Below are positions 33,648 to 45,183 of a stretch of DNA of 64,000 nucleotides, piece by piece. Source of the stretch: Epithemia pelagica (taxonomy: Eukaryota > Protista > Bacillariophyta); assembly GCA_946965045.2 (NCBI GenBank), contig OX337228.1, positions 4,092,001 to 4,156,000 of the forward strand. Reading direction: 5' to 3'. Made by a program: the position numbers and the translations under genes. The notes under the pieces are model-generated. The model was not told where the DNA came from. It was given only the letters and a program-made list of their open reading frames with translations, and ran no database searches. Each line of letters opens with the position of its first letter. Position 1 is the stretch's first letter.

Positions 33648-33879
33648 TGCCCAGGAGTGTGCGCATCGCAGACCACACTCCTTCACTAGTCCGGTCTGGC
33701 TCCGTTGCAAGTCAGATATTCTACGAGACTAGTGGAACAACCTCAAGGTTGACCATATGGGCGGATCATAGGGACATACTTAGTCCGATCCAGATATTTT
33801 CACTACCTTCCCAGGCCATTGTGCAAGCTTAGCTTTCTCATCCTTTCGTCATGGCTCAGAGTCTTGGGTCTGATAAACC

Positions 33880-33990
33880 AAAGATCGGTCATGTTAAAGA
33901 CTCGTAATCATAAAGAGTGACTATTAGGATCCTCTAGCCTAGAGGTCTATGTCTCGCTAAATCCTCGCTCACAAACGCGACCATTTCTCG
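33880..33990 (-). repeat. 5' LTR of element 2 (non-TG/CA ends)
   Basis: 111/111 identical to 27673-27783. Confidence 0.88.
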
Positions 33991-34291
33991 AAACCAATAC
34001 GCTCTACCATTTTTTATTTTTTCATGTCGGGTTCCAAGTACTCCATGGGGGACGCCGAGAGCCGGCGCGAACAACACACGCCCGCACGACCACGACCCCA
34101 CAACGTCGAAAATAATTGATTTCTGCGTCAAGCCTAAAAAGTGTGTCTCATAAATCTCATGGGCAAGATGGACGACTGACGACTACCTCGTAAAGTGATA
34201 ACATGCGACTCTTAAGGGCCGTAAGAGGGAAAGAAGTACATGTTGTCAACACGACCACAATGCAATAGCCAAGGCCTGATTGCCCAAAGAC

Positions 34292-35575
34292 TTAGCTTTT
34301 CTCAATCCCCTCCATGGCTGTTATCGGATCCCCGGCCATCGTGGAATGCCTCATTCTGACAAAGCATGAAACGAGAGATGCAGTTTGGAGCTCTTGCGAC
34401 GTGCCGAAAGCAAGTCGATGTTCGATGTTGGACAACTGATCCAGGAGGTCTGTTAGTGCTTCCTGTGGTATGTTCTCCAATTCTAGCAGACGTTCGGTAA
34501 TTTCGTGTATCAAATCAACAAGAGCATATCCTTTAGTGTGACATCGTTTGGTCAGTTCATCCGTGGCCTCGGCAAAGGTATGATTGAGCAATATCTTCAT
34601 GATTTCGGTGACATCCTGTGGGATAGGAGAACCTGATGTCAAATACACAGCGTTCTCATCTACTGACTTAAACGACATGGACGTTGCCTGGAGCAAGTTA
34701 AGAACACGACGCATATCGCCACCACTTAGCCTTAGAATTGCTTCTCGACCATCCTTGGTAAGCGGTACATTCTCATGATCGGCCACAAATTGGAGGCGAC
34801 TCCGAATCTGGTCAGCTTCCAATGGAGCGAATCGAAACCGCGTACATCGAGATTGCAGGGCGGGTATAATTTTGGACACATAGTTCCCAATCAGGCAGAA
34901 ACGACAGTTCTTTGTGTACTTTTCCATAATACGTCGCAAAGCAAACTGAGCATCGTTTGTCATGGCGTCTGCCTCATCAAGAATGATGAGTTTGATTCCA
35001 TTTGCAAAAAGCTGCTTTGTTCCAGCAAATTCCTTTATCTCATTGCGAACGACCTAGGAAGAGCAGAGTGGAAGATACGTTTGAGACACAGCTACAGGAA
35101 CGTCAATGACACGTCTTGTCCATACTCACTTCTATCCCACGAGCGTCACTAGCATTGAGTTCCAAAGTCATTGACTTGAATTTCTCCTTATACATTCGTT
35201 TTGCACAGGCAGTAATGGTGGATGTCTTGCCGGTACCTGGTGGGCCATAAAGAAGCAAGTGCGGCAAGTTATCACTGTCCACCAATCTCGTAAGGATTCG
35301 AACAATCTCGGAATGCGCCACCAAATCCTCCAATCTGAAAAAGATTTCATCCAAGTGTTAGAGCCATAAAATGCGGGATGCGGGTTGATATGGAATTCAG
35401 TCACAACGTACCGTTGTGGACGATATTTCTCTACCCATGGCAGATCCTCATGCGCATCGCCCTTTCGTAATGTCATTGGGGCCGGAGTCATCTGAGTTTT
35501 GGAGCTATGTGATTTGACATCGTCAACATCTATGACCTCGATGGCCTTCTGATTCTCCACGTTCTCCGATGACAT
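34292..35575 (-). CDS. RFC5: Replication factor C small subunit (RFC5/yeast Rfc3-like); introns 35335-35411 and 35054-35129
   Basis: PWVEKYRP, LPHLLLYGPPGTGKTS, LELNASDARGI, LIILDEADAMTNDAQFALRR, ALQSRCTRFRF and GGDMRRVLN. Confidence 0.93.
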
Positions 35576-36090
35576 GCTGTGTTGGAATTGGAGACCGGCT
35601 TCGACTTCTGGCCACTGTAACTCTTCAACGAAACTCTCTATTGCGCTCACAGGTCTACAGAAGGGAAATGAGATCAGAACACAAAAAATGGCGCGAGGAC
35701 TTCATCAATCCCGAGTCACGAGTCCCGAACCTCAGAGAGTAGGATAAATGCGACTCCTACTGATACTCCTAGCTAGAGGAGTACCTGCAAAGTATTTCTT
35801 ATATTCTCTTTTTTAGGAGTAAAAAGGATAAGAAGCGCTCCTCCAGCTTGGAGAGAGTCAAATGTATGTTGTCATGGGTGAAGGAAGTTGCCCATGCAAA
35901 TCTATCATGACTGCAAAAGGACACGTAAGTTTTCCATACCGGCTTTAACCTGCAAATGAAGAGAAGCCCAGTCAAAACTTACCATGTGTGGGATATGAAT
36001 GTTTTCTTGGAAGGCTGCCTTCACCGAACGGATCAGCTTCGAAATGGCTTATGAACTGTTAGTCATAGTGTATCTGTGCAAATGACCGGA

Positions 36091-37224
36091 TCATCGAGAC
36101 TTCTGCAAAGGACACGCATCTTTCTTGTGATACATTGTCATTTTGGTTTTGGACGTGTCGTCAAGACTCTGTTTGGCGCAATGGCGACAAAGGTGAGTGC
36201 ACTCATGTTGCAAAACATGGTCGTGGCTCTGTCGACGACATGACAGCATATGCCGAACTTTCTCTCGTCGTTCTTGTCTACGCTGGTTTTCCATGCGATG
36301 GATAATAGAATATCGGCGACTGCGGATAATAGCTGCATCCTTTGCGGCCCTCGCAATTTCTGTCTTGCTCATACCCCGAGCAAGCAGAATAGTATGGCGC
36401 TGGTGAGCGTCTAGCCGATTCACAGCTCGAGGATAGGAGGTGGTAGAATTGTCGTCCTTAGTCAATCCTTCCAACCCACCCGTGTTGCTTGAGTTCGTAA
36501 GCGGAGCATTCTCCAGACACTCCATATGAGTCCATTCCAGTTGAATGGGAGGTCAAGATTGGACGGCTGGGTGGTCCCCAACCGTTCTGGCGAAAAAGAA
36601 AATATTAGCCCCACCAAACAAAACTTTCTTTTTCTTCAAGCTTACAATCGGGGGAGATTGTTCGAGGGTACACTGAGAATCTATGTCGAGGCAGTCTTCA
36701 TCATTCTCTTCATCGATGGAGAAAAGTTCATCTTGACTCTCGGCACGGATGCTGTTTATCCCGTCTTCGAGAGTGCTCTCAATCTGGCCTATATCTTTCG
36801 TTGTCGTGAGTTCTTCGGTTACGCTGTTGTCGTCCTGGGTGTGTAGCAACATGGTTCTTGGAGAGGTTAAGACGTTTCGGAGCAATACATTTTCCAAAGT
36901 CATCGTCCTGGCAACAGATGAAAGGATACCATGCTTTCCCCGGTAGCCATAGAAAGCCTGAGCCAGTTCTAATGATTTGAAAATGATCCCAGCATGGATC
37001 AAATCGGAGAGATTTCGATAGGAAGCTCCGATCATGAAGATTGCACCGTCCACAACAGTGGAGAGTTCTACATCTTCGTCATTACTGATACAATAAAGCT
37101 GTGCGTTCTCCAAAACCTTGAAGAATAAAACGAGTCGGACGGCCTCCTCAATCATGGCTTGCGCCATGAATTGCTCAAGTCGATCAAGCTCTCTAGAAAA
37201 AGTGAAGGTGAAAGACGATCGCAA
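36091..37224 (-). pseudogene. Hypothetical protein interrupted by one in-frame TGA (36553-36555)
   Basis: ORFs 36553..37224 and 36091..36525 share a frame. KVLFGG...VGDHPAVQS*PPIQLEW resembles a recurrent diatom motif (GDNP..SSGPP..LGW), with the stop in place of Gly. Confidence 0.6.
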
Positions 37225-38160
37225 AGATCAATGCAATTTGGTTGGGAAGTGTTTTCTTGATCAATTTACTGGCAGCAGTACTGCAGTGAACACCCCAAGA
37301 ATCTGGTAGGGTATTTTCTCAGTCGGGCAAACAAAAGCCAGTCGCCAGCGAGCCCTGAGCCCTTGTACGAGTATCCGTAATCCGTAGCCTCTATTAGCTC
37401 TAGCCTACGAGTAAAGCTCATGCAATTATTCGTGATTGAAGAATCCATGACCAAATAGACCGTCCGTTATTGTGCCAAAGCGACATTGCAATCTACTCGT
37501 GGAAATTTTCGGTACTGAATCTTCTATAGCTAGCTATACTACATTTTACTCCTAGCTAGAGCTAGAAATCAGCAATCAGCACCTGAATCAGCACGCATGC
37601 CCGTCCATGGAACGAACTCCGACAAATGTGCGCGTTGCTCAACGGACAGACTACTTGGCCTTTACGCCTGATCGAAAATCGAAAAGCAACACAAAGACAT
37701 TATTGTGTGTCTTTGAAAGTTGTTACACAGTTCGACGCTGGGGATGAGCGCGAGCTTGAAACATCGCCTTGTGACTCTTCTTTGCTGTAAAATGAACAAA
37801 CCACACGGCTGTGGGTGCTAGGTTGTATTTACGTTTACTGCATTCTACGTCGGAAACACGTACTTTTAGTACCAGAAAAGTCGGAATCCGCGGTAGTTCA
37901 TCTGGGCGATGTTCTGCCGTTGTCTCTTGGGTGCAGGTTCTCCCTCAAAACCGGCCGACTTTTGTGGTTAACAGCAGCAACTTCTTGCGGTTCTGAAGGC
38001 CTAAGATTGCATGTATTGCATGTTGCATCGTGCCCACACTTACACCCAACAGACAAGCACAAGACTTTTGTGGTAACAGAGGTTACATCATTGAATCAAT
38101 CCCAGAGAGGCACCTCTCGGTTCAATTCGGAATTTTTTGTCTTCACATTCATCCCTCACG

Positions 38161-41100
38161 ATGCAAAGTTCCCAAGCGGGTGGTATGGGAGCTTCGATGC
38201 AAGATATGCAGCGCCTCCAGCAGCAGCTTGCACAGGCTCAGTACCAAAGACAGCAGCAAACTCCCGCCGGTCCGGGGGCCTCGAATCCACAGCTTGTGGG
38301 AGCAGGGAATGGCATGAATCCACAGCAGTTCTCGGGACAGTTCTCTTCTTCCATGTCTCAAATGTCTCAGAATCAGAATAGAGGAGGCCCAATGGGAAAC
38401 ACTACACTTGCCATGATGCACCAACAACAACAAAATCAGCTTCAGCCTAACCAGCAGCAACAAAATCAGCAGCAGGGAGCAGGAAACAGTATGCAAGGAT
38501 CGGGCATGGCCTCCGTGTTTGGAAGTTTTGGGAGTGTCAATCAGGCCCTTCTTCAAGGAAATTCCTCGTCCACTATGGAAGCTAGTACGGGGAGCAGTGC
38601 GCGCCTAATGGCCATGGCGGGGATGAACGTTAACCAAATGAACTCGTCGAACATGCCTGGGATCCCGAATAGATCTGGAAGTACCATTGATTCATCAAGC
38701 ACTGTACAGAACATGCAAGCGATCATGCAACAGCAACAAGTTCAACAGGCAGCTGTACAGAAGAACCAACTTCAAAATCAAATGGGGTTTGGAATGCAAG
38801 CACAGGGTCAAAATCCCTCGCAGCAAATGTTCAATCAGGGAGGAAGCGGTTCTCAAAATAACTTGATGATGAGGTCTGCGGATGGAGGAACTGGGAACCA
38901 GATGAATTCGCAACAGATGATGTTGCAGCAACAACTTGCCAACCTTCACCAGCAAATGCAGGGTCAGCAACAAAACGGCATCAATCAGAATGTGGCCGGT
39001 CGGCAAGGTAATCAAATGATGCAAGGTCAAAATACCTCTCAGCAGAATCTTCTTCAGCAACGACAGCAGCAGTTCCTTCAGCAAATGCAGAACCAGCGAC
39101 GGACTAGTGGGATGTTGAATCAGTCCATGTCGCAAGGTGGACTTAACACTCAGCAGCAGGGACAGGAGATGAATGGCAATATTGGCATGATGCATCAAAT
39201 GATGCAGCAGCAGAATAACAACGTGAACAACAGTTTGAGCAGTAATAATAGCAACATGGGTATGGGAGCGAGTAATCCGCAGGGCAGTTTGGGCTTGAAC
39301 AATCTGCAAAATCCGCAGCAGAACGCCGCCTTACAAGGGGCATTCGTTCGTGGTCCTTTGACGGAACAGCAACTTCGCATCCGTCAGCAGAATATTTTAA
39401 GGGCATCCGCAGAACAACAATCGATGAGTGCAGATTCCTCACAAGTGGCGCAGAGTTTATCGTCGGCAGTGGGTGGATCGGATCACAGCAACCGATCGAA
39501 CACCCCCGGTGCGAACAACAATGGTGCCAGTACAGGGAACACCATGGTTAACGATACCAATTCCTTTATGGGTTCTGGATTAGATGGTCCAGGCGGACAA
39601 ACACAACGGAACCTGGTGCGTCAATCAATCAGTCAAGTACCTGATAACATGAGTGGAGCTTTGAATGATTCGTCCACACATTCTCATTCAACGCGGGGAG
39701 GATTGTCGCAACAGCCACAACAACAGCAACAAGCTCCTCGCAATGCCATGACGTCAAATTCTGGTAGAGGCTCTCTGGGACAACAACAGCAAAAATCGTT
39801 TCTCGACGGTAATTTTGCCGGAGGCTGGCAGTCCAATGCGGATCTCCCCGACCGGAGAAAAGTTATCTTTAGCATATTGGAAGTTATCAAACAAATGAGA
39901 CCCAACTCCAATACTACCTCGACCAAGTAAGTTCATCCATTCCCCTGTTGAAAGGAACAAAAGATGAAGAATTCTGACAAACTTTTGCTTTTTTGGATAG
40001 GTTGCCTCACATGGCGAAGAGTTTAGAAGAGCACTTATATCGATCTGCCCAAACTAAGGAAGAGTACCTTGATTCAAAGACTCTCAAGCAACGTTTACAG
40101 ACGATTGCCCAAGGCCTTGACCTACATCGTCCTCCAGGAAGCACCCAAGGAGGAAATCAGAAACAAGCAGGACAGTTTGCTCACATGGATGTTTCGAGAA
40201 ATTCGATGCAGAGTGACACCCAAGGAAATAACTGGGGAGTCAATAATGCTGGGCAAGGAATGACAATGATGCAGCAGCTCCAACAACAACAAATGCAAGG
40301 AAATAACATGGAGATGCAAGGTAATTCCTCTGGAAGCAATATCATTGATCCCTGGGATGGATCTCGTACCGGTGATCAGGACATGTCTATGATAAACATT
40401 CAACACCCAAACCAAGATGTTGGAGGTCGTAACCAAAGCGTTGGCTGGGCAAACTCAGGGACGGTGGACATGAACAACACGAATCCAATTCAAGTTGATG
40501 ATCCTATGGGGGAGCGTAACAACTGGTCTCAGCCGATGGGAGGGAGGGACGATCCCAATACCCAGAACCATCTTATGAACAAGAACCAAGATATGTCTCA
40601 AATGGGAGATGAAGGCAATATGATCAATCCTGGTTACCCAAACACACCCAAGTTTCAGGACGCGGAGGCCGCCCAGAAGAGAAAAGTGATTTTACAGCAA
40701 CAGCAGCGGCTGTTACTGCTTCGTCACGCAAGCAAGTGCAAGCTTGGTCCAGCATGTACGACAAAGTTTTGCAGCCAAATGGTCACCCTTTGGAAACACA
40801 TGAAAACATGTCGAGATAAGAACTGCAAGACATCGCACTGTCTCAGTAGCAGATGTGTTCTGAATCACTACAGAATCTGCAAAAGCCAAGGCAAAACGGC
40901 TACTTGTGAAGTCTGCGGCCCCGTAATGGCAAAGATCAAGCAGAATGGCAGGGAGGATGGAGTAGGAGACCCCCTTGCCCAGAACTCACAACAGCAGCAA
41001 GATCAGCAACAACTGCATCAACAACAGCTGTTGCAGCAGCAACAAACATCCGAAAACATGTCTTCATTGGCGGCACGAATGATGACGAATCAACGGTCAG

Positions 41101-44100
41101 AGTCATCAGGGTTACAACAGGACATGATGCGGCAACAGATTCCGGATCAGAACCTCCCGTCAGACATGGATTTGATGCAAGATGGTCAAATCAATGATCT
41201 TGGAGGTCAAATGCCCATGCAAGGTAACCAAATGCGCATGGGACCTGGCTCTTCTCAACAGGGAAACCCTGCCCTTGTTGGAAGTGGTGGCATGAGCAGT
41301 AGCGACCAGGCTGAACAGAATCAACTGCAGCAACTTCAGCAACATCAAATGAAGATGCAGCAACAATTGGAAGCCTTAAAACAGCTTCAGGGTCAACAGC
41401 AACAGCTTCTTGACCAGCAAGCAAGACTCCAGGAACAGTCGCAGCGCATTTCAGACATGAACTCGCCTCAGGCACAACAGCTTCGACAACAGCAACTTTT
41501 GCTTGATCAGTTGCAAAAACGTTGTCAACAGCAGCAACTTCGACTTCAACAGGAGATTGAGACACAGTCACAACCGGGTGCTTTGTCTTTAGCTCTGCAA
41601 GAACAGGCTCCAGCATCAGACCCTTCATCTCCCATCCCGTCTGTCTCAGGAGAATCTTCTCCACCAAACGTTGTGTCATCCGTCAATTCTAATCCTGGTG
41701 TTCCTGGTATGGATGATTCAAGTTCCAAACGGAAACGGCGAACGAGTTCGTCAGAGAAAGTTGCTCGGAGAAACAGTGGAAAGGTTAAGCGTACAGGCGA
41801 AAAAGGAAAGGCACTACGACAGCAGTTATTGGAAGCAAAAGCGGCAGAATCACCTGCTGCCGCTGTGACTCTCAAATCTGAGGCCTTCGCAAAGAAGCGA
41901 GCACTAGTACAATTAAATCCGGAGGAACGGGCCCAGAAGAAGAAGAGTGCGAAGGCGGAACTGGGCCCTCTTGCTGGAGAAGCATCTTCACTTATATCTT
42001 TCATGCCTCGTGATATGATTATGCGTCACTTGGAGTCGTTGAACAAGCGCATTCGACTTTCGTCTCGCACTGTCACACACAAGTGTATGCCCGTTGTGGA
42101 GGCTCTCATCGATGATCAGTTCGGCTGGGTGTTTCATGACCCCGTGGATCCCGTGGCATTGGGTCTTCCTGATTATTTTGATGTCGTCAAGAATCCAATG
42201 CATCTTTCTCTTGTAAAGAAGAAACTTGAAAGTGCGATTTATGGTGATATGGAACTGTTTGCGAGGGATGTCCGTCTTGTTTTCGAGAACGCGATCTTGT
42301 ACAATGGGGAGGCAAGTGAAGTGGGTGAGCTTGCGCAAACCATGTTACACAAGTTTGATTTACTTTATCGTGAGGTCGTCCAAGGTACGTTCATGACAGA
42401 GATCCTGTTTCGTGCTTCTGTTGCTCTTCTCTTATGGACGTGTTTATCCAGGTGTAGAGTCATCCCAGCAGAACCTGGAGTCATCTGGACAAGCTTGTGC
42501 ATTGTGTGGAAACCAGACCAGGCGCCTGGAACCGCCTGTCTTGTACTGTCGAGGAAGCTGTGGTATGCAAAGAATCAAAAGGGGTGCAACGTACTTTGTC
42601 GATCCATCGAAATCATGCTATTGGTCTCAAGCATGCTACGAGAAACTCCAACCAGACGAGAAGTTGATACTGGATGATGGCTCTGAAATTACCAAGAGCG
42701 ACCTTTTGGAGTTCAAGAATGATGCAATCCCTGAAGAGGCATGGGTCAATTGTGACGAGTGTCAGTGTTCGGTCCACCAAGTTTGTGCGCTTTTCAGCGA
42801 CAGGACAAACCGATCCAGTGAAAAGTTCACTTGCCCCAACTGCGTGTTGAAGCGTGGTGATGTTGTCGGTTTTCCGGTAGCGGGACAAAAATTTATGAAA
42901 GGAGCAGAAGATCTGGAGCGATGCAAAATGAGTGATGCCATCGAAGAAGGAATGAGGAAAACTCTGGAACAGGCTTACTTAGATCGAGCGAAAGATCTCT
43001 CAGTTGACGTGGACAATGTAGAACGAGCACATGGTCTTACTGTTCGTATTCTCTCGAGCGTCGAAAAGAAACACCATGTTGGTGAAGAGATGGTTCGACG
43101 CTACGGAAGTTCTGGTTGTCCCTCAGAATACCCAGTTCGATCAAAGTGTATCGCCCTTTTTCAAAGAATTCACGGTGTGGACACAATGCTTTTTGCGATG
43201 TACGTTTACGAGTACGGGCATGACTGTCCTGCTCCGAATCGCAGAAGAGTCTACATATCCTATTTGGACTCAGTGAAGTATTTCGAACCAAAATGCTATC
43301 GAACCATCGTTTATCATTCAATCCTTTTGGAATATTTGAGATACGTCAAAGGCCGAGGATTTCACACTGCTCACATCTGGAGCTGTCCTCCGACTCCAGG
43401 AGATGACTATGTTTTCTATATTCGTAAGTTTCGACAATTTGATCAGCTGTCCATGTCTTTCTCCCGATACTCACTTTGCCTCGATGACTGTTTCTCAGAT
43501 CCATCCCATCAACTTTTCCCTCGGGAAGATATGTTAAGAGCATGGTATCACAAGGTTCTTGAGAAGGCAAAGTCGGAGGGTGTTGTTATCCGAACAAGCA
43601 CCTTGTATGATGAATACTTCAACAGTGACATCGCGTTGTCCGATGTCAGCCAGAAGTTTGACCCTCTATGTGTGCCATATTTTGAAGGCGACTACATCCC
43701 CGGTGAGATCGAAAATATTATAAAGCATCTCAAAGAGAAAGGCATAGAGCAAGCTGATGGAGCGCCTGACGAAGTCATGAAGCGGCTCAAACACAATATC
43801 GGGAAAATGAAGGAGAATTTCATCGTGGTGCACTTGCGTAATAGGCGTTTTGCGGCTGCAGTTGAACGAGGTGAAGACGTGTCGTCGTGGCCTGAAGATA
43901 GTGATGAGGAACTTGTTCGCAGCAAACGGGCCAAAATTAGCGGCAAAGAGGCACCTGTTTTGTGGTCAGATTCTTCGGCCAGGAAACAAGACACAGAAGT
44001 AGACATTAAGGAACAAGAGAAGACTTTGGATGGTAGAGGAGACACTCTCAAAATTGGAGAACTCTCAGCTAATGGTCAGTCGACGAAGCGCTCTTTCAAT

Positions 44101-44460
44101 GAAATCGGACCTGCCATATCAAGCCACCTGGCAACTCTCGATCGCCAGAGAACAGTTGTCGGAGATACGAAAGAAGAAGACCCTTCAGTCGAGAGTGACT
44201 TGTTTGAATCTCGTCAAAAGTTCCTCAACTACTGCCAGACCAACCATTGTCAGTTCGATGAACTCCGCCGCGCAAAACACTCGACTCTTATGGTTTTATT
44301 CCAGTTGCACAAAGATCGCCATGAGCCTGTTTCTACCGGTATTTGTGATCGGGTACGGGAACGTAACCAGCGTGTTCGCAAAATTCAACAGCTCATGGAT
44401 GAACGTCGTCGGCAGGCCCAAAATGAGCTCTACCATACTGGAAGTGAAGGAGAGGTGTAG
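38161..44460 (+). CDS. p300/CBP-like histone acetyltransferase (polyQ, KIX-like, TAZ, bromodomain, RING/PHD, KAT11 HAT); introns 39927-40000, 42385-42451, 43424-43498
   Basis: KIX-like LEEHLYRSA...EEY; TAZ QQQRLLLLRHASKC; bromodomain FHDPVDP...LPDYFDVVKNPMHL; PHD WVNCDEC...HQVC; HAT YISYLDSV, AHIWSCPP and PYFEGDY. GT-AG introns restore the frame. Confidence 0.93.
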
Positions 44461-45183
44461 CTGTCGTCTTTCGGGCTTGTGTTTGTACAATGTACATAGG
44501 AGGAAACTACATTCTAGGAGTATCAGTTAATAGAAAGGTTATGTTTTCTTGGTCGCTTCATGCACGGCATCAGATACGAAGGGATGGAATCAATTTGGAT
44601 TGATCCTTCAGCAGTCCAAGTGGGGAGAGTTTGGGGATTGCTACCTATCCGTAGGGTCTCAGGCTACCTCAATCGCTGGTATGGTGACGTATTGGGGACT
44701 CCTGATTGGCTAAAGTAAAAGAGCTCAGGTCATCTCGAGTCACAGTTGAAATTGAGCATTCTATTTCTGAGCGATAGATTATTATTTCGTCATTGAGGTC
44801 CCTCATTATTTACATTTGAGATCTCAACGCGAATACCCTTGACCAGCTTGGGAGTATCCGTATCTGACATTCCCATTTCTTTGACAACTGGTGGGCTACG
44901 AGTAGACACAGGAACAACAACAAGTACAGAGCGAGCGCTAAAAAGTCACATTACTCTCCTTCCCATTTCTTGTCTCTCGTCCTAACAACAGAAAAACCAA
45001 GAACATACACGGATCTGAAAAGCTTCAACACAAAAGTATCGTGGCGATTTGAGATTTCTGTGATACGAAACCAGTTCATTGCAAGAAATAGCTTCTGTAG
45101 TGTTTCAACACGGCCGATCTGCAAACTGGAAATGGCAACATCAGTTTGAATGTGTCATCATCTGTTTCAACAACGAATATCTA

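Larger units (their letters stand above)
27673..33990 (-). mobile_element. Full-length Ty1/copia (CoDi-like) LTR retrotransposon, element 2, coding region disrupted
   Basis: Identical 111-bp direct repeats at 27673-27783 and 33880-33990. Candidate TSD AAACC (27668-27672, 33991-33995). PPT-like GAGGGGAC abuts the 3' repeat. Domain order gag-PR-IN-RT-RH. Confidence 0.93.

Noticed and set aside
33840-33865. Hammerhead ribozyme-like CTGA...GAAA in the element 2 leader
   Set aside because: The CUGANGA core and flanking stems are not present.
33866-33880. TGGTTTATCAGA as a plant-type tRNA-iMet PBS (TGGTATCAGAGC)
   Set aside because: Needs a 2-nt insertion and mismatches after ~9 nt, and disagrees with the iMet-like 3' end seen at 33988-34009.
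27655-34030. CCGACA (27655-27660) and TGTCGG (34025-34030) as ends of larger outer LTRs
   Set aside because: The sequences beyond them show no direct-repeat similarity and there is no PPT; likely a chance 6-mer match.
36553-36555. Selenocysteine recoding
   Set aside because: The position corresponds to Gly rather than Cys, and no SECIS was recognised.
38149-42004. Long antisense or alternate-frame ORFs over the polyQ regions of the HAT gene (also over the sugar porter and STAND genes)
   Set aside because: Shadow ORFs caused by low-complexity codon usage; no independent motifs.
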